This document shows positions 39,493 through 49,296 of a stretch of DNA of 64,000 nt, one piece after another (positions within the stretch are counted from its first letter, which is position 1; each line of letters starts with the position of its first letter). The notes beneath the pieces are model-generated. The model searched no databases, was not told the DNA's origin, and was given only the letters and a program-made list of their open reading frames with translations. This stretch comes from a virus (taxonomy: Duplodnaviria > Caudoviricetes). The position numbers were made by a program, and so were the translations under genes. The stretch is from positions 1 through 64,000 of IMG/VR virus record IMGVR_UViG_2816332320_000003; one strand, given 5' to 3'.

Positions 39493-40962
39493 CTACCTTT
39501 GATGCTTCGGTGTACAGTAACCCAACTCAATCCATTTATTCCATGATCCATCGAATTGATACAACAGCACATTCTCACCTTCATCATTTCTCGTTTTGTC
39601 CAAGAAAATGAGCCTATACTTTTTCTCAGGATTTAATAAAATCTCTTCTTTGATTTTTGTAAACTTACCATTTGAATCTTTCTTAAATCTGTATGGTTTA
39701 ATATCATACTTTTCATTTGGCATTTCATCATCCCAAACCGATCTTGTCAATACGAGTTCTGAGACCACTTCTTTAACACCTTTTGCATTTGACAAGCACG
39801 ATGCAGTTAAGTATCTAGTATTTTCCATGTAAATAGCAAGTTGCATGGTGATAATAATTCCAACATTCTCTTTTTCTGCAACTTGTAGTAGTTGCTTCGA
39901 TGCTTCGATGAGTTCACCTGTCACTGTTGTAGAAGCAGCATCTTCAGCTTTGAAGGTATCGTACAGCGCATATCCAAATCCCTGTTTAGCCATTTTTCTA
40001 ATGATCTTCTTCACATCTTCGATACTGTAATCATAGATCTTTGCAAATTTCAATCTGCCTTTGTAATGCTTATTATAGTATTCCTTAGCTTCTTTCATTT
40101 TTTGAAGTTGTTCGTCATTCATGTTTCCCATTTTTTGCTTTTTACGTGGAAGTCCAAAATACTCTAACTTATGACTAAGAATCGTTGCCATTAGAATATG
40201 CTGCCATGCTTTTTTATTCATCTCATTCGCAATGATTACCACGCTCTCCCCCTGATCTAAGATGGGGAGTATGTATGAATTAATACAAAAACTTGTCTTC
40301 CCTATTCCAGAGAAACCAGCAAAGATTTTTACATTTGATTTATGAAGTCCCAATGTATGAAAGTTCAATAATGGACACGCACTAGCATAACTCAATCCCA
40401 TTTCTTCACCAGCATTGCACGAATTGATGAAATCATCATCAATATCTAAATCTTCGATCTTAACGCCAGCACCTCTACTCAGAAAGATGTTATCTAACTG
40501 ATATTCAAAATAATTGTACAACTGTACACTCGTCATCTTTTTAAACTTATCCAACTCAGTAATAACATTAAAACCTTTATCAGTGAGTTTAAGTAACATA
40601 TTATTCTTAACTAGTTCATCGTAATAACGGTCAACGTTCTCTTCGTTTAGGATGCGTTTAATCTCATCAACAGTCCTGTAACCGCCCCGTCTCTCAAAAC
40701 CATTTTTCAATGTCTCTTTATCTTCCACATAACTGTAAATACTTGCATCATCAAAGCTTTTATAACCTAGTTTGTACATTTCATATCCAAGTGAAAAGTA
40801 AAAACGACCATCTTCAGTTAACAAGTCTCTGTCTGCCCTGACTTCTTTTTCATAATCAGCGTATAAATCTGGATTTTTCCATAAACAAAATATAAAGTTT
40901 GCTTCAATCATTTCTCTATTTTGAACTAACTTGTTGTCATAGTTATCCAATGAATGCATCAC
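39493..40962 (-). CDS. DnaB-like replicative helicase (YorI-like)
   Basis: GFSGIGKT, ANEM, LYDT, TMQL, LDKTR. Confidence 0.9.
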   Translation of the reverse strand: MMHSLDNYDNKLVQNREMIEANFIFCLWKNPDLYADYEKEVRADRDLLTEDGRFYFSLGYEMYKLGYKSFDDASIYSYVEDKETLKNGFERRGGYRTVDEIKRILNEENVDRYYDELVKNNMLLKLTDKGFNVITELDKFKKMTSVQLYNYFEYQLDNIFLSRGAGVKIEDLDIDDDFINSCNAGEEMGLSYASACPLLNFHTLGLHKSNVKIFAGFSGIGKTSFCINSYILPILDQGESVVIIANEMNKKAWQHILMATILSHKLEYFGLPRKKQKMGNMNDEQLQKMKEAKEYYNKHYKGRLKFAKIYDYSIEDVKKIIRKMAKQGFGYALYDTFKAEDAASTTVTGELIEASKQLLQVAEKENVGIIITMQLAIYMENTRYLTASCLSNAKGVKEVVSELVLTRSVWDDEMPNEKYDIKPYRFKKDSNGKFTKIKEEILLNPEKKYRLIFLDKTRNDEGENVLLYQFDGSWNKWIELGYCTPKHQR

Positions 40963-41492
40963 ATGTCCTCCTCATCTAGGAAGTCTAGAATTCCAGTATT
41001 GTCTTTTTTATTTGTTACTACGTCATCAATACCGTTAATCAATAAATCAATGGAAGAGGAATCTTGTTTTGTTTCTAGTTTCACACGATGCTTCCATTTG
41101 TTAAATACATCATTGATCCTACTCTCAATGATCCTCATTACATAACTAACCATTCCATACTCATTTTTGAATTGTTTATTTTTAGTCCAATACTGGATAT
41201 CATCCTTACAAGTAATGAAGCATTCATGTATGACTTCGTAGTTATAGAATTGGTTTAGTGTATTGATTTTCTTAATCAGAACTGGAGGAATGATTTGTCC
41301 TTCTTCATATTGAAACACTTCCAATGCTATGTATTTAAACAAAGTCTCTTTGCTAAATTTATTGATCATGAAAGCATCATACTCATCTTGACTACAATAG
41401 TACTTTTTCTTTCCTTTCTCATCAGCAACACAATAGTATAAGTCAGTGGTTCCCTTCTTATTACAAATCTTACAAACACATTTTCTCCCCAT
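40959..41492 (-). CDS. YorH-like replication-module protein
   Basis: CKIC..YYCS; coupled to helicase. Confidence 0.65.
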   Translation of the reverse strand: MGRKCVCKICNKKGTTDLYYCVADEKGKKKYYCSQDEYDAFMINKFSKETLFKYIALEVFQYEEGQIIPPVLIKKINTLNQFYNYEVIHECFITCKDDIQYWTKNKQFKNEYGMVSYVMRIIESRINDVFNKWKHRVKLETKQDSSSIDLLINGIDDVVTNKKDNTGILDFLDEEDM

Positions 41493-41517
41493 TCATTCAC
41501 CTTCAATATATTTAATA

Positions 41518-41546
41518 AAGGGGAATGAATACTTCCACTCCCCCTT
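41518..41546 (-). terminator. stem-loop, putative terminator
   Basis: GGGGAGTG/CATTCCCC stem with TTTATT tail on minus strand. Confidence 0.55.
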
Positions 41547-41555
41547 GTGTAATAT

Positions 41556-42674
41556 TTATTTCAAAAGGTTAACTATTTTTCTCAGTGCTACTGTTGGAGT
41601 TTCTTCTGTATCCTTCAATGATGTAAATTGATATTCACTCATAATTTCTTTAATTTTTAATTTAATTTCATCTGATGCACTGTTAAATTTGTTTTTAATC
41701 TCGTCTGTCAGTTTTTCATTCTCAACAACATCAACAAAGTTGATCAGGGCTTTTTTACTTGCAATTTCAATTTCTTGCTCTTTGGTCTTCTTTTGTTCGA
41801 TACGCACTTCTTCAATACTCGAAGTGTTACCTTTTTGCTGATCAAATGCTTTTTTGATCGCATCTTCAATCGCATTGATGAATGAGTCTGTTTCCAACGG
41901 AGCTGAAGGAATGATATCTGAGAATCTGGATTTAGAATCAATGTTAAAATTATCATCACGGAAAGTAATTATACGAGATTCATCGACCACAGAACCAACC
42001 TTCTTAGCTGTTCCAACTTTCTGTTTAACTGTTACTTGCTCAATTTGTCTGTTAATGGATGCAACACCAAGGACATGAAGTTTAGTTTTGATTGCGTTGA
42101 AGTAACGGTGTGACATATTCGTTGTGAGCATGTCGTATTCTAGACCAGTCACAACATCTGTCATGGTACGTTTCTTCGTATGTCCGAGAACAAACATTGA
42201 AACACCTACTTTTTTCAATGCCCAAATCTTATCGAGAATCAGTTCAATTACTTTATCTTCACCAGCCATAAATCCACCGAAGGCAGCTTTGATTGATTTC
42301 GTTTTCTTATCTGGATATTCTTTATTATGTAGACGAATTACTTCAGGTTCAGTAATCTTAACCAATTCATCAAAAGTATCGTAAACAAGAACTTTCAAAT
42401 CTTTATAATCTGTATTCCGATGTGCAATGATATCATTTGTAATTTCATCAAATGTTGACCAATCTGGAACGTTTTCATATGTTGCATTCGGGATGGCATC
42501 GATACCATCCTCTTTTCCGATATTCAGAATCATGTAACCATCTTCACCAACAAGTTTTTCACAAACTTCTTTGGAGAGGGTTGTTTTACCAATGCCAGAT
42601 TCTCCAATTAAACCCAAGTTATATTCAAGTGGATTAACTTTGATTATATTCTTCTTACCAAATTTCTTAGCCAA
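41556..42674 (-). CDS. AAA ATPase (YorG/Sak4-like recombination protein)
   Basis: GESGIGKTT, E.G, VYDT, FGG..AG, LGHTK. Confidence 0.8.
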   Translation of the reverse strand: MAKKFGKKNIIKVNPLEYNLGLIGESGIGKTTLSKEVCEKLVGEDGYMILNIGKEDGIDAIPNATYENVPDWSTFDEITNDIIAHRNTDYKDLKVLVYDTFDELVKITEPEVIRLHNKEYPDKKTKSIKAAFGGFMAGEDKVIELILDKIWALKKVGVSMFVLGHTKKRTMTDVVTGLEYDMLTTNMSHRYFNAIKTKLHVLGVASINRQIEQVTVKQKVGTAKKVGSVVDESRIITFRDDNFNIDSKSRFSDIIPSAPLETDSFINAIEDAIKKAFDQQKGNTSSIEEVRIEQKKTKEQEIEIASKKALINFVDVVENEKLTDEIKNKFNSASDEIKLKIKEIMSEYQFTSLKDTEETPTVALRKIVNLLK

Positions 42675-42716
42675 TCAGAAACAACTCCTATGTATTTTTT
42701 AAATTTAATTCTTTAA

Positions 42717-43961
42717 TTAAGCAAATAGATCATCCAACTCGATATCTACTTTTTTAGTTTCTTTCGGTGTATCGTTATTTGGCGCTTCGGTTGGCTTTTC
42801 CTCTTGCGAGTTAAAAACATAGACTAGTTCGTCTTCTTCATACAAGGAGAGCACTGCTCCATTGATGAAATTATTATCACCATTGATCTCTTGTAAGATT
42901 GGTTTTACAAGACGGTTCTCTTCTTTTGTCTCACCTAGAGTACCGTTCTTAGGTGCAAAGTCCTCCAACTTGTTGTAACCAAATTCCACGGCTTCCTTCT
43001 GTTGTGGGGTCAACTGTTCGAACGTGAATTCAACCTGATCCGCACCTCTAAAGATGTTTACAATCCATGGCAGATGATATACGCCTTTATCTGTTACTTT
43101 AAACTTGTTCTTCAAAAACTCAAGTCGTTTGACATGCATCTCATTGTCCATGTCTACTTTACTTGCATTAATAATAAATTGTTGAGGGTAAAACATATCT
43201 TTCTTGACCTTCTTGTCGTAACTAATTACATAACCACCAATGTAAATCTTCTTTTCCTTTTCAAAATCAACTTCATCCAGTGCATCTTTAGTAAAGAAGA
43301 TGTCAAATGTTGCTCGAAGTTGGGATGGAGTATCTGATGGTACAATTTCAATAACTTCAGGTTTGAATTTGCGATTAAACTTCCCTTTGTATTCACTATA
43401 TTCTGCTTGTCCAGTAATTTTGAACTTATATGCTTTAAAGTTCTCAAGATTTGATGAAAGAAACTCAACAGCATCATATTCATGAATAAATTCATACCGA
43501 TCTGGTACTTTTTGTTTCAATTCCTCTTTCAATTCTTTCAATTTCTCTATTTCTTCTGGTGTTTTCTCATCTTTATATTCAATTGCTCTGATTTCATAGC
43601 GCAATTTTCCTGATGCTTCTTTAACAGCTTCATCGGTTGTGAAGTCAACGACAATCTTCTTAAAATCAGCAACCATGTCAATCGTCTCTGGATTCAAACG
43701 ATCTTCCCATGGGATCTCAAGTTTAGATCCTTTTTCGTTTTCAGTACCTTTACCAAATGTTATGACATTATTCTTTTTACTTTGGAAAAAGCCACCATAC
43801 ATTTCAACATAAACACTGTTAGTCTTTGATTCTTGCACTGCAAAATTCAGTCTATGCCCTTCCCAACCACTGGCACTGACATTAACCTCATGGAACTTGT
43901 CTTTACTCTTTGGTGTTTGAATATTACCAATAAACTCGAATGTATTGTAAAGTCTGCTCAT
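42717..43961 (-). CDS. YorF-like protein, putative ssDNA-binding protein
   Basis: First gene of replication operon; acidic tail DDLFA. Confidence 0.6.
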   Translation of the reverse strand: MSRLYNTFEFIGNIQTPKSKDKFHEVNVSASGWEGHRLNFAVQESKTNSVYVEMYGGFFQSKKNNVITFGKGTENEKGSKLEIPWEDRLNPETIDMVADFKKIVVDFTTDEAVKEASGKLRYEIRAIEYKDEKTPEEIEKLKELKEELKQKVPDRYEFIHEYDAVEFLSSNLENFKAYKFKITGQAEYSEYKGKFNRKFKPEVIEIVPSDTPSQLRATFDIFFTKDALDEVDFEKEKKIYIGGYVISYDKKVKKDMFYPQQFIINASKVDMDNEMHVKRLEFLKNKFKVTDKGVYHLPWIVNIFRGADQVEFTFEQLTPQQKEAVEFGYNKLEDFAPKNGTLGETKEENRLVKPILQEINGDNNFINGAVLSLYEEDELVYVFNSQEEKPTEAPNNDTPKETKKVDIELDDLFA

Positions 43962-44074
43962 TATGTATGAATCCTCCCTTTATTTAAACAATATATTTTT
44001 AACTTTAGATTATAATGTTTATGGAGGGCTTCGACCTGATTTGTTAACCAACTGATCACCTCGCTTACATTCTT

Positions 44075-44131
44075 ACTATAACATCACCAAAACAAACATT
44101 CAATAGATTTATCATATTTTTTTAGATATTA
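44075..44131 (-). promoter_or_regulatory. replication-operon promoter with upstream 22-bp motif (44110-44131)
   Basis: TTGAAT-N17-TATAGT; TAATATCTAAAAAAATATGATA. Confidence 0.65.
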
Positions 44132-44162
44132 CTTTCTAATCAAGCGGATCTTTTATTCAGTG

Positions 44163-44813
44163 TTACGAGTCAAAATGTTCATACTCAGATTTGTCCTTAT
44201 TTGTTTCTAATAAAGTAGTTTCATGTTGACTAAAGCCAGCGTTCTTTAATTGCAGCAATATCTTTGCCATTTCCTTTTGTGAAATGTCCATATTACGCTT
44301 TAAATATTTGCCAACTCTCATGATTACATGTACTATGTCTCTTGCTCTGCCTTCATTGAATACTAAAGTGTCACTTTCAAGAAAATCAAAATCACTTAAT
44401 GTATCAATCTTTCCATTGTTAAAGTAAAACATGTTGTGCTTGAAGTCGAATTGTCCTACTACCTCTTCTGGAGAACCAATCCAACGTGTAATAATTTGGT
44501 ATTTTCCAATTGATATTGCATTGTCAGTCACAAGCAGCGGATAGCTCTTGTAGATTCCACCACTCTTTGTTTTGGATTTATAACTAGAGAGTTGAAGGAA
44601 ATGTTCTCGCAACTTGTTCACTAGGCTTTCTGAGGTGACGAAAAAATCATAGTCCTTTGGTTCCTGATTGTGATACAGACTGTAGATACAACCTCCAGAA
44701 ATATAGGCATCCCGTTCAAACTCTTCTTTATGATCTTCAGGCATCAATTCCAAAAGCATTTTCTTTTCGAATTCAAGTCTAAGCTCTATGTATTTTAATT
44801 TATTTTGATTCAT
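44163..44813 (-). CDS. nucleotidyltransferase (CCA-adding/poly(A) polymerase head-like)
   Basis: ISGGCI.S......PKDYDFF, FDF, R..KY. Confidence 0.7.
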   Translation of the reverse strand: MNQNKLKYIELRLEFEKKMLLELMPEDHKEEFERDAYISGGCIYSLYHNQEPKDYDFFVTSESLVNKLREHFLQLSSYKSKTKSGGIYKSYPLLVTDNAISIGKYQIITRWIGSPEEVVGQFDFKHNMFYFNNGKIDTLSDFDFLESDTLVFNEGRARDIVHVIMRVGKYLKRNMDISQKEMAKILLQLKNAGFSQHETTLLETNKDKSEYEHFDS

Positions 44814-44852
44814 CTACCTCATCCTCCCTATATTTTTATCTGTATATTTAGT

Positions 44853-45029
44853 TTAAACTTGCTCTAGTACCTCAAGATATTCAGAGATAATTTGCAATTT
44901 ATCGTCCCAGATCCCATTCGTATTACCGTCTTTAAAGATGTTATACATACCTGTTAAAACGTGATGGGGGTGTAATTCAACTTTCCGTAAACACTCAATC
45001 AGTAGTTCTTCCTCTGTATATTTTTCCAT
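44853..45029 (-). CDS. small hypothetical protein (58 aa)
   Basis: GGGGAGG RBS directly after palindrome 45050. Confidence 0.55.
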   Translation of the reverse strand: MEKYTEEELLIECLRKVELHPHHVLTGMYNIFKDGNTNGIWDDKLQIISEYLEVLEQV

Positions 45030-45066
45030 GGTTCAATCCTCCCCTTCTAATCAAATCAACTTTTTA

Positions 45067-45579
45067 TTAGATTTTCAATTTGTTGATCACGAGTGCACCA
45101 ATTCCTTGTAGTACACTCTTCACAATGACTTGCCCTGCTACTGCCATCGGCACAAACTCCCAAGGTACAAAGCCAGTTCCAATAGGTGACAGCCCGACAA
45201 TAACAAAGATTGTGCTATCCAATAATCCACTAACCAATCCACTAGTCAAAACTCGTGCAGAGAAAGAAGACGTCATTCGAGTGAAAATTTCAGTATCTGT
45301 AGTTTCAGATGCAATAAAGGAAATCGCTGATGCAAATACAATCCATAAAGTATCACCGAGTAACCACGACGAGAGCGCTGAGAGAACTAATGCTAATCCG
45401 ATTACTTGGTATGTCATTTTGCGTCCATATTCCCTTTGTACAAAATCACGCAACATGAAAGTTAAACCAATCAACAAAGTGCCCCAAGGAACTATAAATA
45501 CTCCAAAACTCAAAGGTGTAAAAGATGCAGTTACTACATTTGCCAAGATTATCGCAACGATATACAAAATGATATTCAT
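45067..45579 (-). CDS. VUT family (YhhQ/QPTR-like) queuosine-precursor transporter
   Basis: ILAN, G.TF.LRD.VQ..YG, AS.ISF..SE..D, S..LDS..F; multi-TM. Confidence 0.85.
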   Translation of the reverse strand: MNIILYIVAIILANVVTASFTPLSFGVFIVPWGTLLIGLTFMLRDFVQREYGRKMTYQVIGLALVLSALSSWLLGDTLWIVFASAISFIASETTDTEIFTRMTSSFSARVLTSGLVSGLLDSTIFVIVGLSPIGTGFVPWEFVPMAVAGQVIVKSVLQGIGALVINKLKI

Positions 45580-45589
45580 AAATCCACTC

Positions 45590-46399
45590 CTAAATTTTAT
45601 TTATTATTTGAAGTGCCTTCTTACTATTTTCAATTGTCAAATCGGCTGGATGATATTCTATGTATTTCTGCTCCTTCGTGTAGATCTTTTCCCAACGCTC
45701 TGCTTCAAGGTTAATAACTCTTCCCATTGTTGAGTTCAGTTCGAAGGAAGAAGTGTCGCATGAGAGATTTAATTCATCAACAACAATTCCAATTGTTCTT
45801 AATGTTTCAGTGATCTCTCTGACACCCTTTAGCACATCAAATGTACCAACACCAAATATGTGAATATCCTTAATTCCTGAGTTATGTATAAGGGGTAATC
45901 CAATTTTAAATGCATCCCACAATTTAAATTTAAGATCATTAATCTTCCCTGCTAGCGCTACTCCACCAAGTCCAATACAATCTTCTGGTGTTGCTATTTT
46001 TAATGTCTCATAAAGGCAATATATGTACTCTCTTGTTGTATCTCCCTGCACCATAAGTACAATTTGTCGTGGTCTCAACTCTTCTCGCTTACTAGCGAGA
46101 AACTTGTTACCATCTATCGTTTCACCTACATTAGACATGTAATCATATGCAACAATTCTCTCAGAGATAAAGCCCACTTTTTTCTCAAAGTCTAACTGTC
46201 TATGAAGTGCCTCTTTAAAGGTTAACCTAGAATCTTTTTCCCGATCTTGATAAGCCCCACTGTCCAATAATATCTTTGGGTCGGGGTTTTTCAGGGATAC
46301 TCTATATTTTGGATTAAGGCATATATAGTCACTCAAGAGGTCTGTATTTAGTTCTTTTGAGTTTAATTTATCATTGCATTTTGATAGGTATAATCTCAA
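45590..46399 (-). CDS. tRNA-guanine transglycosylase-like (DpdA-like) TIM-barrel protein
   Basis: LLDSGAYQ, AYD, VQG, IGLGG, IHIFGVG, SCDTSS match TGT-superfamily motifs. Confidence 0.75.
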   Translation of the reverse strand: MRLYLSKCNDKLNSKELNTDLLSDYICLNPKYRVSLKNPDPKILLDSGAYQDREKDSRLTFKEALHRQLDFEKKVGFISERIVAYDYMSNVGETIDGNKFLASKREELRPRQIVLMVQGDTTREYIYCLYETLKIATPEDCIGLGGVALAGKINDLKFKLWDAFKIGLPLIHNSGIKDIHIFGVGTFDVLKGVREITETLRTIGIVVDELNLSCDTSSFELNSTMGRVINLEAERWEKIYTKEQKYIEYHPADLTIENSKKALQIINKI

Positions 46400-46411
46400 C
46401 CTCTCACTCCC

Positions 46412-46825
46412 TTAAGCATTCTGTGTGTAAAACTGTAACTGTTGCCCAATTCCCATTCCTTTTAGTGGAACATTGCTCGCTATCCCCTCTTGCTCTAGGA
46501 GTGGGACGAGATATTTCCTGTATTTATCTCCAGCGTAGAAATCAACAATATCGATATTGTATTGCTGGAGTTGTTGCATCACTTTTGAAGCCCATTGCTT
46601 AATCTCTGAACTAGACATGTTGTTCAATGTAACATCATATGGCTCAATTTGGAGTGCTGGATCAAGTAGCCCATGTAATGCAGACAGGATGAACCACCTC
46701 TCATAATTTTGATTCTTGATGTAACTTGTAGCTTTAGTAAATAACGTACTCTCAGAATACATTTCTGCTGCTGCACATGTAAAATCTCTTTTGTTTTTAG
46801 AGCAACTAACTAATGCAATCTTCAT
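46412..46825 (-). CDS. DUF6884 (YaaA-related) protein
   Basis: LVSCSK.K, A.EMY.S.LF, ILSALHGL, I.PYD.TL, AG..Y, PL.G..IG.QL. Confidence 0.75.
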   Translation of the reverse strand: MKIALVSCSKNKRDFTCAAAEMYSESTLFTKATSYIKNQNYERWFILSALHGLLDPALQIEPYDVTLNNMSSSEIKQWASKVMQQLQQYNIDIVDFYAGDKYRKYLVPLLEQEGIASNVPLKGMGIGQQLQFYTQNA

Positions 46826-46868
46826 CTAGACTCCTCACCTTTCCTATAAAATAAATTTTTGATCGTAT

Positions 46869-46991
46869 TTATTTTTCTGCAACTTCTTCAAGAACAATCA
46901 TATATCTCAAGAACCTTTTCAAATCATCAATGCTTTCAGCACTTTCTAGCCATCCAAGCAGGGTGTCTTTATCTTTTTGTGTTAACGACAC
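46869..46991 (-). CDS. small hypothetical protein (40 aa)
   Basis: AAGGTG and GTG start; between palindromes 46846 and 47009. Confidence 0.5.
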   Translation of the reverse strand: MSLTQKDKDTLLGWLESAESIDDLKRFLRYMIVLEEVAEK

Positions 46992-47022
46992 ATTTTCACC
47001 TTCTCCCGATGAAAGCAAGTTT

Positions 47023-47430
47023 TCATTTATAATTTTTACATGTATTAATACGATTCAATGCTTCCTGAAGAGTCCCTTCGATCTCATTTACACAACGTAA
47101 CATCTTCGAGTCAGCATCATTCACACTAACACTTGCATTAACCCAACCATCCATGACATCACCAATACGAATGGTTGTACTATTGTCGTTTTCTCCAGAT
47201 CCTTTGATGTAGATGTTTGTAATTCGCACAGAATTAGCTCCAAAATCCTCACGCCACTCTTCAATTTTCTCAGGTGATAGGAGTTTCATTAACTGACGAA
47301 GGTTTGTGAATTTTGAAGTAACCCAATCTCCCTCTTCTTCTTGACTTCCATGAAACTCTTTGAAGTAAGATGTATATTCAACATGACCCTCAATTTCTGT
47401 TAATGCCTTACCTGCTTTGATTTGTTCCAA
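47023..47430 (-). CDS. hypothetical protein
   Basis: GGAGG RBS; TGA stop in palindrome arm. Confidence 0.7.
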   Translation of the reverse strand: MEQIKAGKALTEIEGHVEYTSYFKEFHGSQEEEGDWVTSKFTNLRQLMKLLSPEKIEEWREDFGANSVRITNIYIKGSGENDNSTTIRIGDVMDGWVNASVSVNDADSKMLRCVNEIEGTLQEALNRINTCKNYK

Positions 47431-47633
47431 GCGATATGCCTCCTATTTTCTATAAAGATCAAACATAAATAGTTCCTGCCCAAACACTTTGTCCAACACT
47501 TGGGCATACCATTTTGGATGCTTAAATAGCAATAAGTATGGTATTGCACAAACATGAGCTATTACGATTAGCAGAAAAATATACAACGCTTCATGCCACT
47601 CAAACTTTAGGAAGGTAATCATCCTCCATATTT

Positions 47634-48134
47634 TTAGTCTTCGATTCGAAAGCCAACATTTGATAGTCGCTTAATATAATCTACTTCTGGTTTCTCATCT
47701 TGCAGCCAGAAATAAGATGCTCCAACTGGCTTGTTGTAAGTTAATTCTTCATAGCTATACACTTTCAATCCATACATATCCACCCAACCAGCACTGATTA
47801 GATCCTCGGTATGATCCTTGAACATCTTAACCTCCACAAACACTGGATGCTTTCCCAACAAGCTTATTAATTTATCAAGCTCAAAAGAGTCCCAGAAATG
47901 CTCAATATCGTGCTCCTTCATGTCTTTGATTCTTCTGATTTCACTTGGTTCAGCGTAATCTGAAACCCCAATCTTTAAGTGGTCAAATTGATTGTAACCT
48001 ACAAGTGAATGATCCCCATGTTTTTTATGATAATAATTTTTAAACTCCTTAGACTGTACAAATCCAATATCTTGTAACTTTGTTAAATCATTACCTTCAG
48101 TTTCAAAGTAGATAATTATGTCGATTGCTTTCAT
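47634..48134 (-). CDS. hypothetical protein
   Basis: GAGGTG RBS. Confidence 0.7.
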   Translation of the reverse strand: MKAIDIIIYFETEGNDLTKLQDIGFVQSKEFKNYYHKKHGDHSLVGYNQFDHLKIGVSDYAEPSEIRRIKDMKEHDIEHFWDSFELDKLISLLGKHPVFVEVKMFKDHTEDLISAGWVDMYGLKVYSYEELTYNKPVGASYFWLQDEKPEVDYIKRLSNVGFRIED

Positions 48135-48174
48135 CTAGTTGCACCTCTCTCAATAAAAGTAGTTTTTTATCAAG

Positions 48175-48432
48175 TTACCAGCAAATCTTCATCAATACGT
48201 TTTCATCATAATCAATATTCAATAATCTCCGCACTTCAGCATGATACTCATTGATTTCGCTGTCTGTGCCTTCACCGAAGTACATTTCTATGTACATATC
48301 ATTCCCAATTGTTTGGTAACTTTCTAAGACATAATCTCTCCAGTATTTTCGTTTACTCAAAAAGCCTTGGCTCTCCATGTGTTCCATTAGTTCAAACAGA
48401 TCATAAGCTTCTCTCGTTTCTTTGCTAAACAT
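48175..48432 (-). CDS. hypothetical protein
   Basis: Between palindromes 48153 and 48451. Confidence 0.65.
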   Translation of the reverse strand: MFSKETREAYDLFELMEHMESQGFLSKRKYWRDYVLESYQTIGNDMYIEMYFGEGTDSEINEYHAEVRRLLNIDYDENVLMKICW

Positions 48433-48459
48433 TCATTTTCTCCTCCCCTGATAAAAACA

Positions 48460-48791
48460 TCATTTGATTAAGTCGTATAATTTTTCAATTTCCGCTGGAC
48501 TGTATCTGCTCACTTCATCCTTAGTTGCCTTCCATGTGTAATCATCAATTTCAAGACTCAATGCTCTTCTGCTATTTCATGATAAAGCCTCGCTGCATTC
48601 TGGTTTATCATACTGTGTTCCAATGGACTTGCTGGCACCGCAGCTCCATCATATACGCTTCGATTAGAGCAAACTTGTTGATCATACTTTTCAGTGAGAT
48701 AATAGTATTTGACCCAAAGATTGAATGCTTGCTTATGCTGCTTGTGCGTCTTGTCGTTTACCCAATCTATGTACTCATTGGTAAATGCCAT
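48460..48791 (-). pseudogene. hypothetical protein with probable frameshift near 48570
   Basis: ORF 48558-48791 continues in alternate frame RRALSLEIDDYTWKATKDEVSRY... Confidence 0.45.
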
Positions 48792-48803
48792 AAAATCATC
48801 CTT

Positions 48804-49055
48804 TTAATTGATCTTAGGTACATACTCAACTATCACAAACTTGCTAAACTCTTCATCAAATGCCCTCTTAAACTCGACAGTTCGTTCTGGAGCATAGCAC
48901 TCTAAATGCCGCACTTGGTCGTATGCGTAATCATTACACTCAGCCGTGATGACTCCTTTAGCTGCCCCAATCTTAAGATATGCAATCTTTCGACCAGTCA
49001 TTTCCCATCGCTTACCGTCTTTATGTATAACGTAAATACAATCTTCTTTACTCAT
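48804..49055 (-). CDS. hypothetical protein
   Basis: GGAG RBS before MSKEDC. Confidence 0.6.
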   Translation of the reverse strand: MSKEDCIYVIHKDGKRWEMTGRKIAYLKIGAAKGVITAECNDYAYDQVRHLECYAPERTVEFKRAFDEEFSKFVIVEYVPKIN

Positions 49056-49296
49056 CCCAATTCTCCAAATCTTCGTCCTCATCTCTATATAAAATCTGCA
49101 ACTCAACACGTTTACTGCCATCATCTAAAGTATGCCAGCGCCATTCATAATCAAATTGAGTCAAACCTAGATTGTCTATGAGTAAGAATCCTTCCTCATT
49201 TAGATGTAGGTCAACCTCAACTTCTGCTCCTCCACCTAGATTCAGTTTTACACCTTCTGCAATTGTCTTCCCAATACGTCCATGGTTGTTTAACAT
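49048..49296 (-). CDS. hypothetical protein
   Basis: GGAGG RBS. Confidence 0.65.
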   Translation of the reverse strand: MLNNHGRIGKTIAEGVKLNLGGGAEVEVDLHLNEEGFLLIDNLGLTQFDYEWRWHTLDDGSKRVELQILYRDEDEDLENWDE

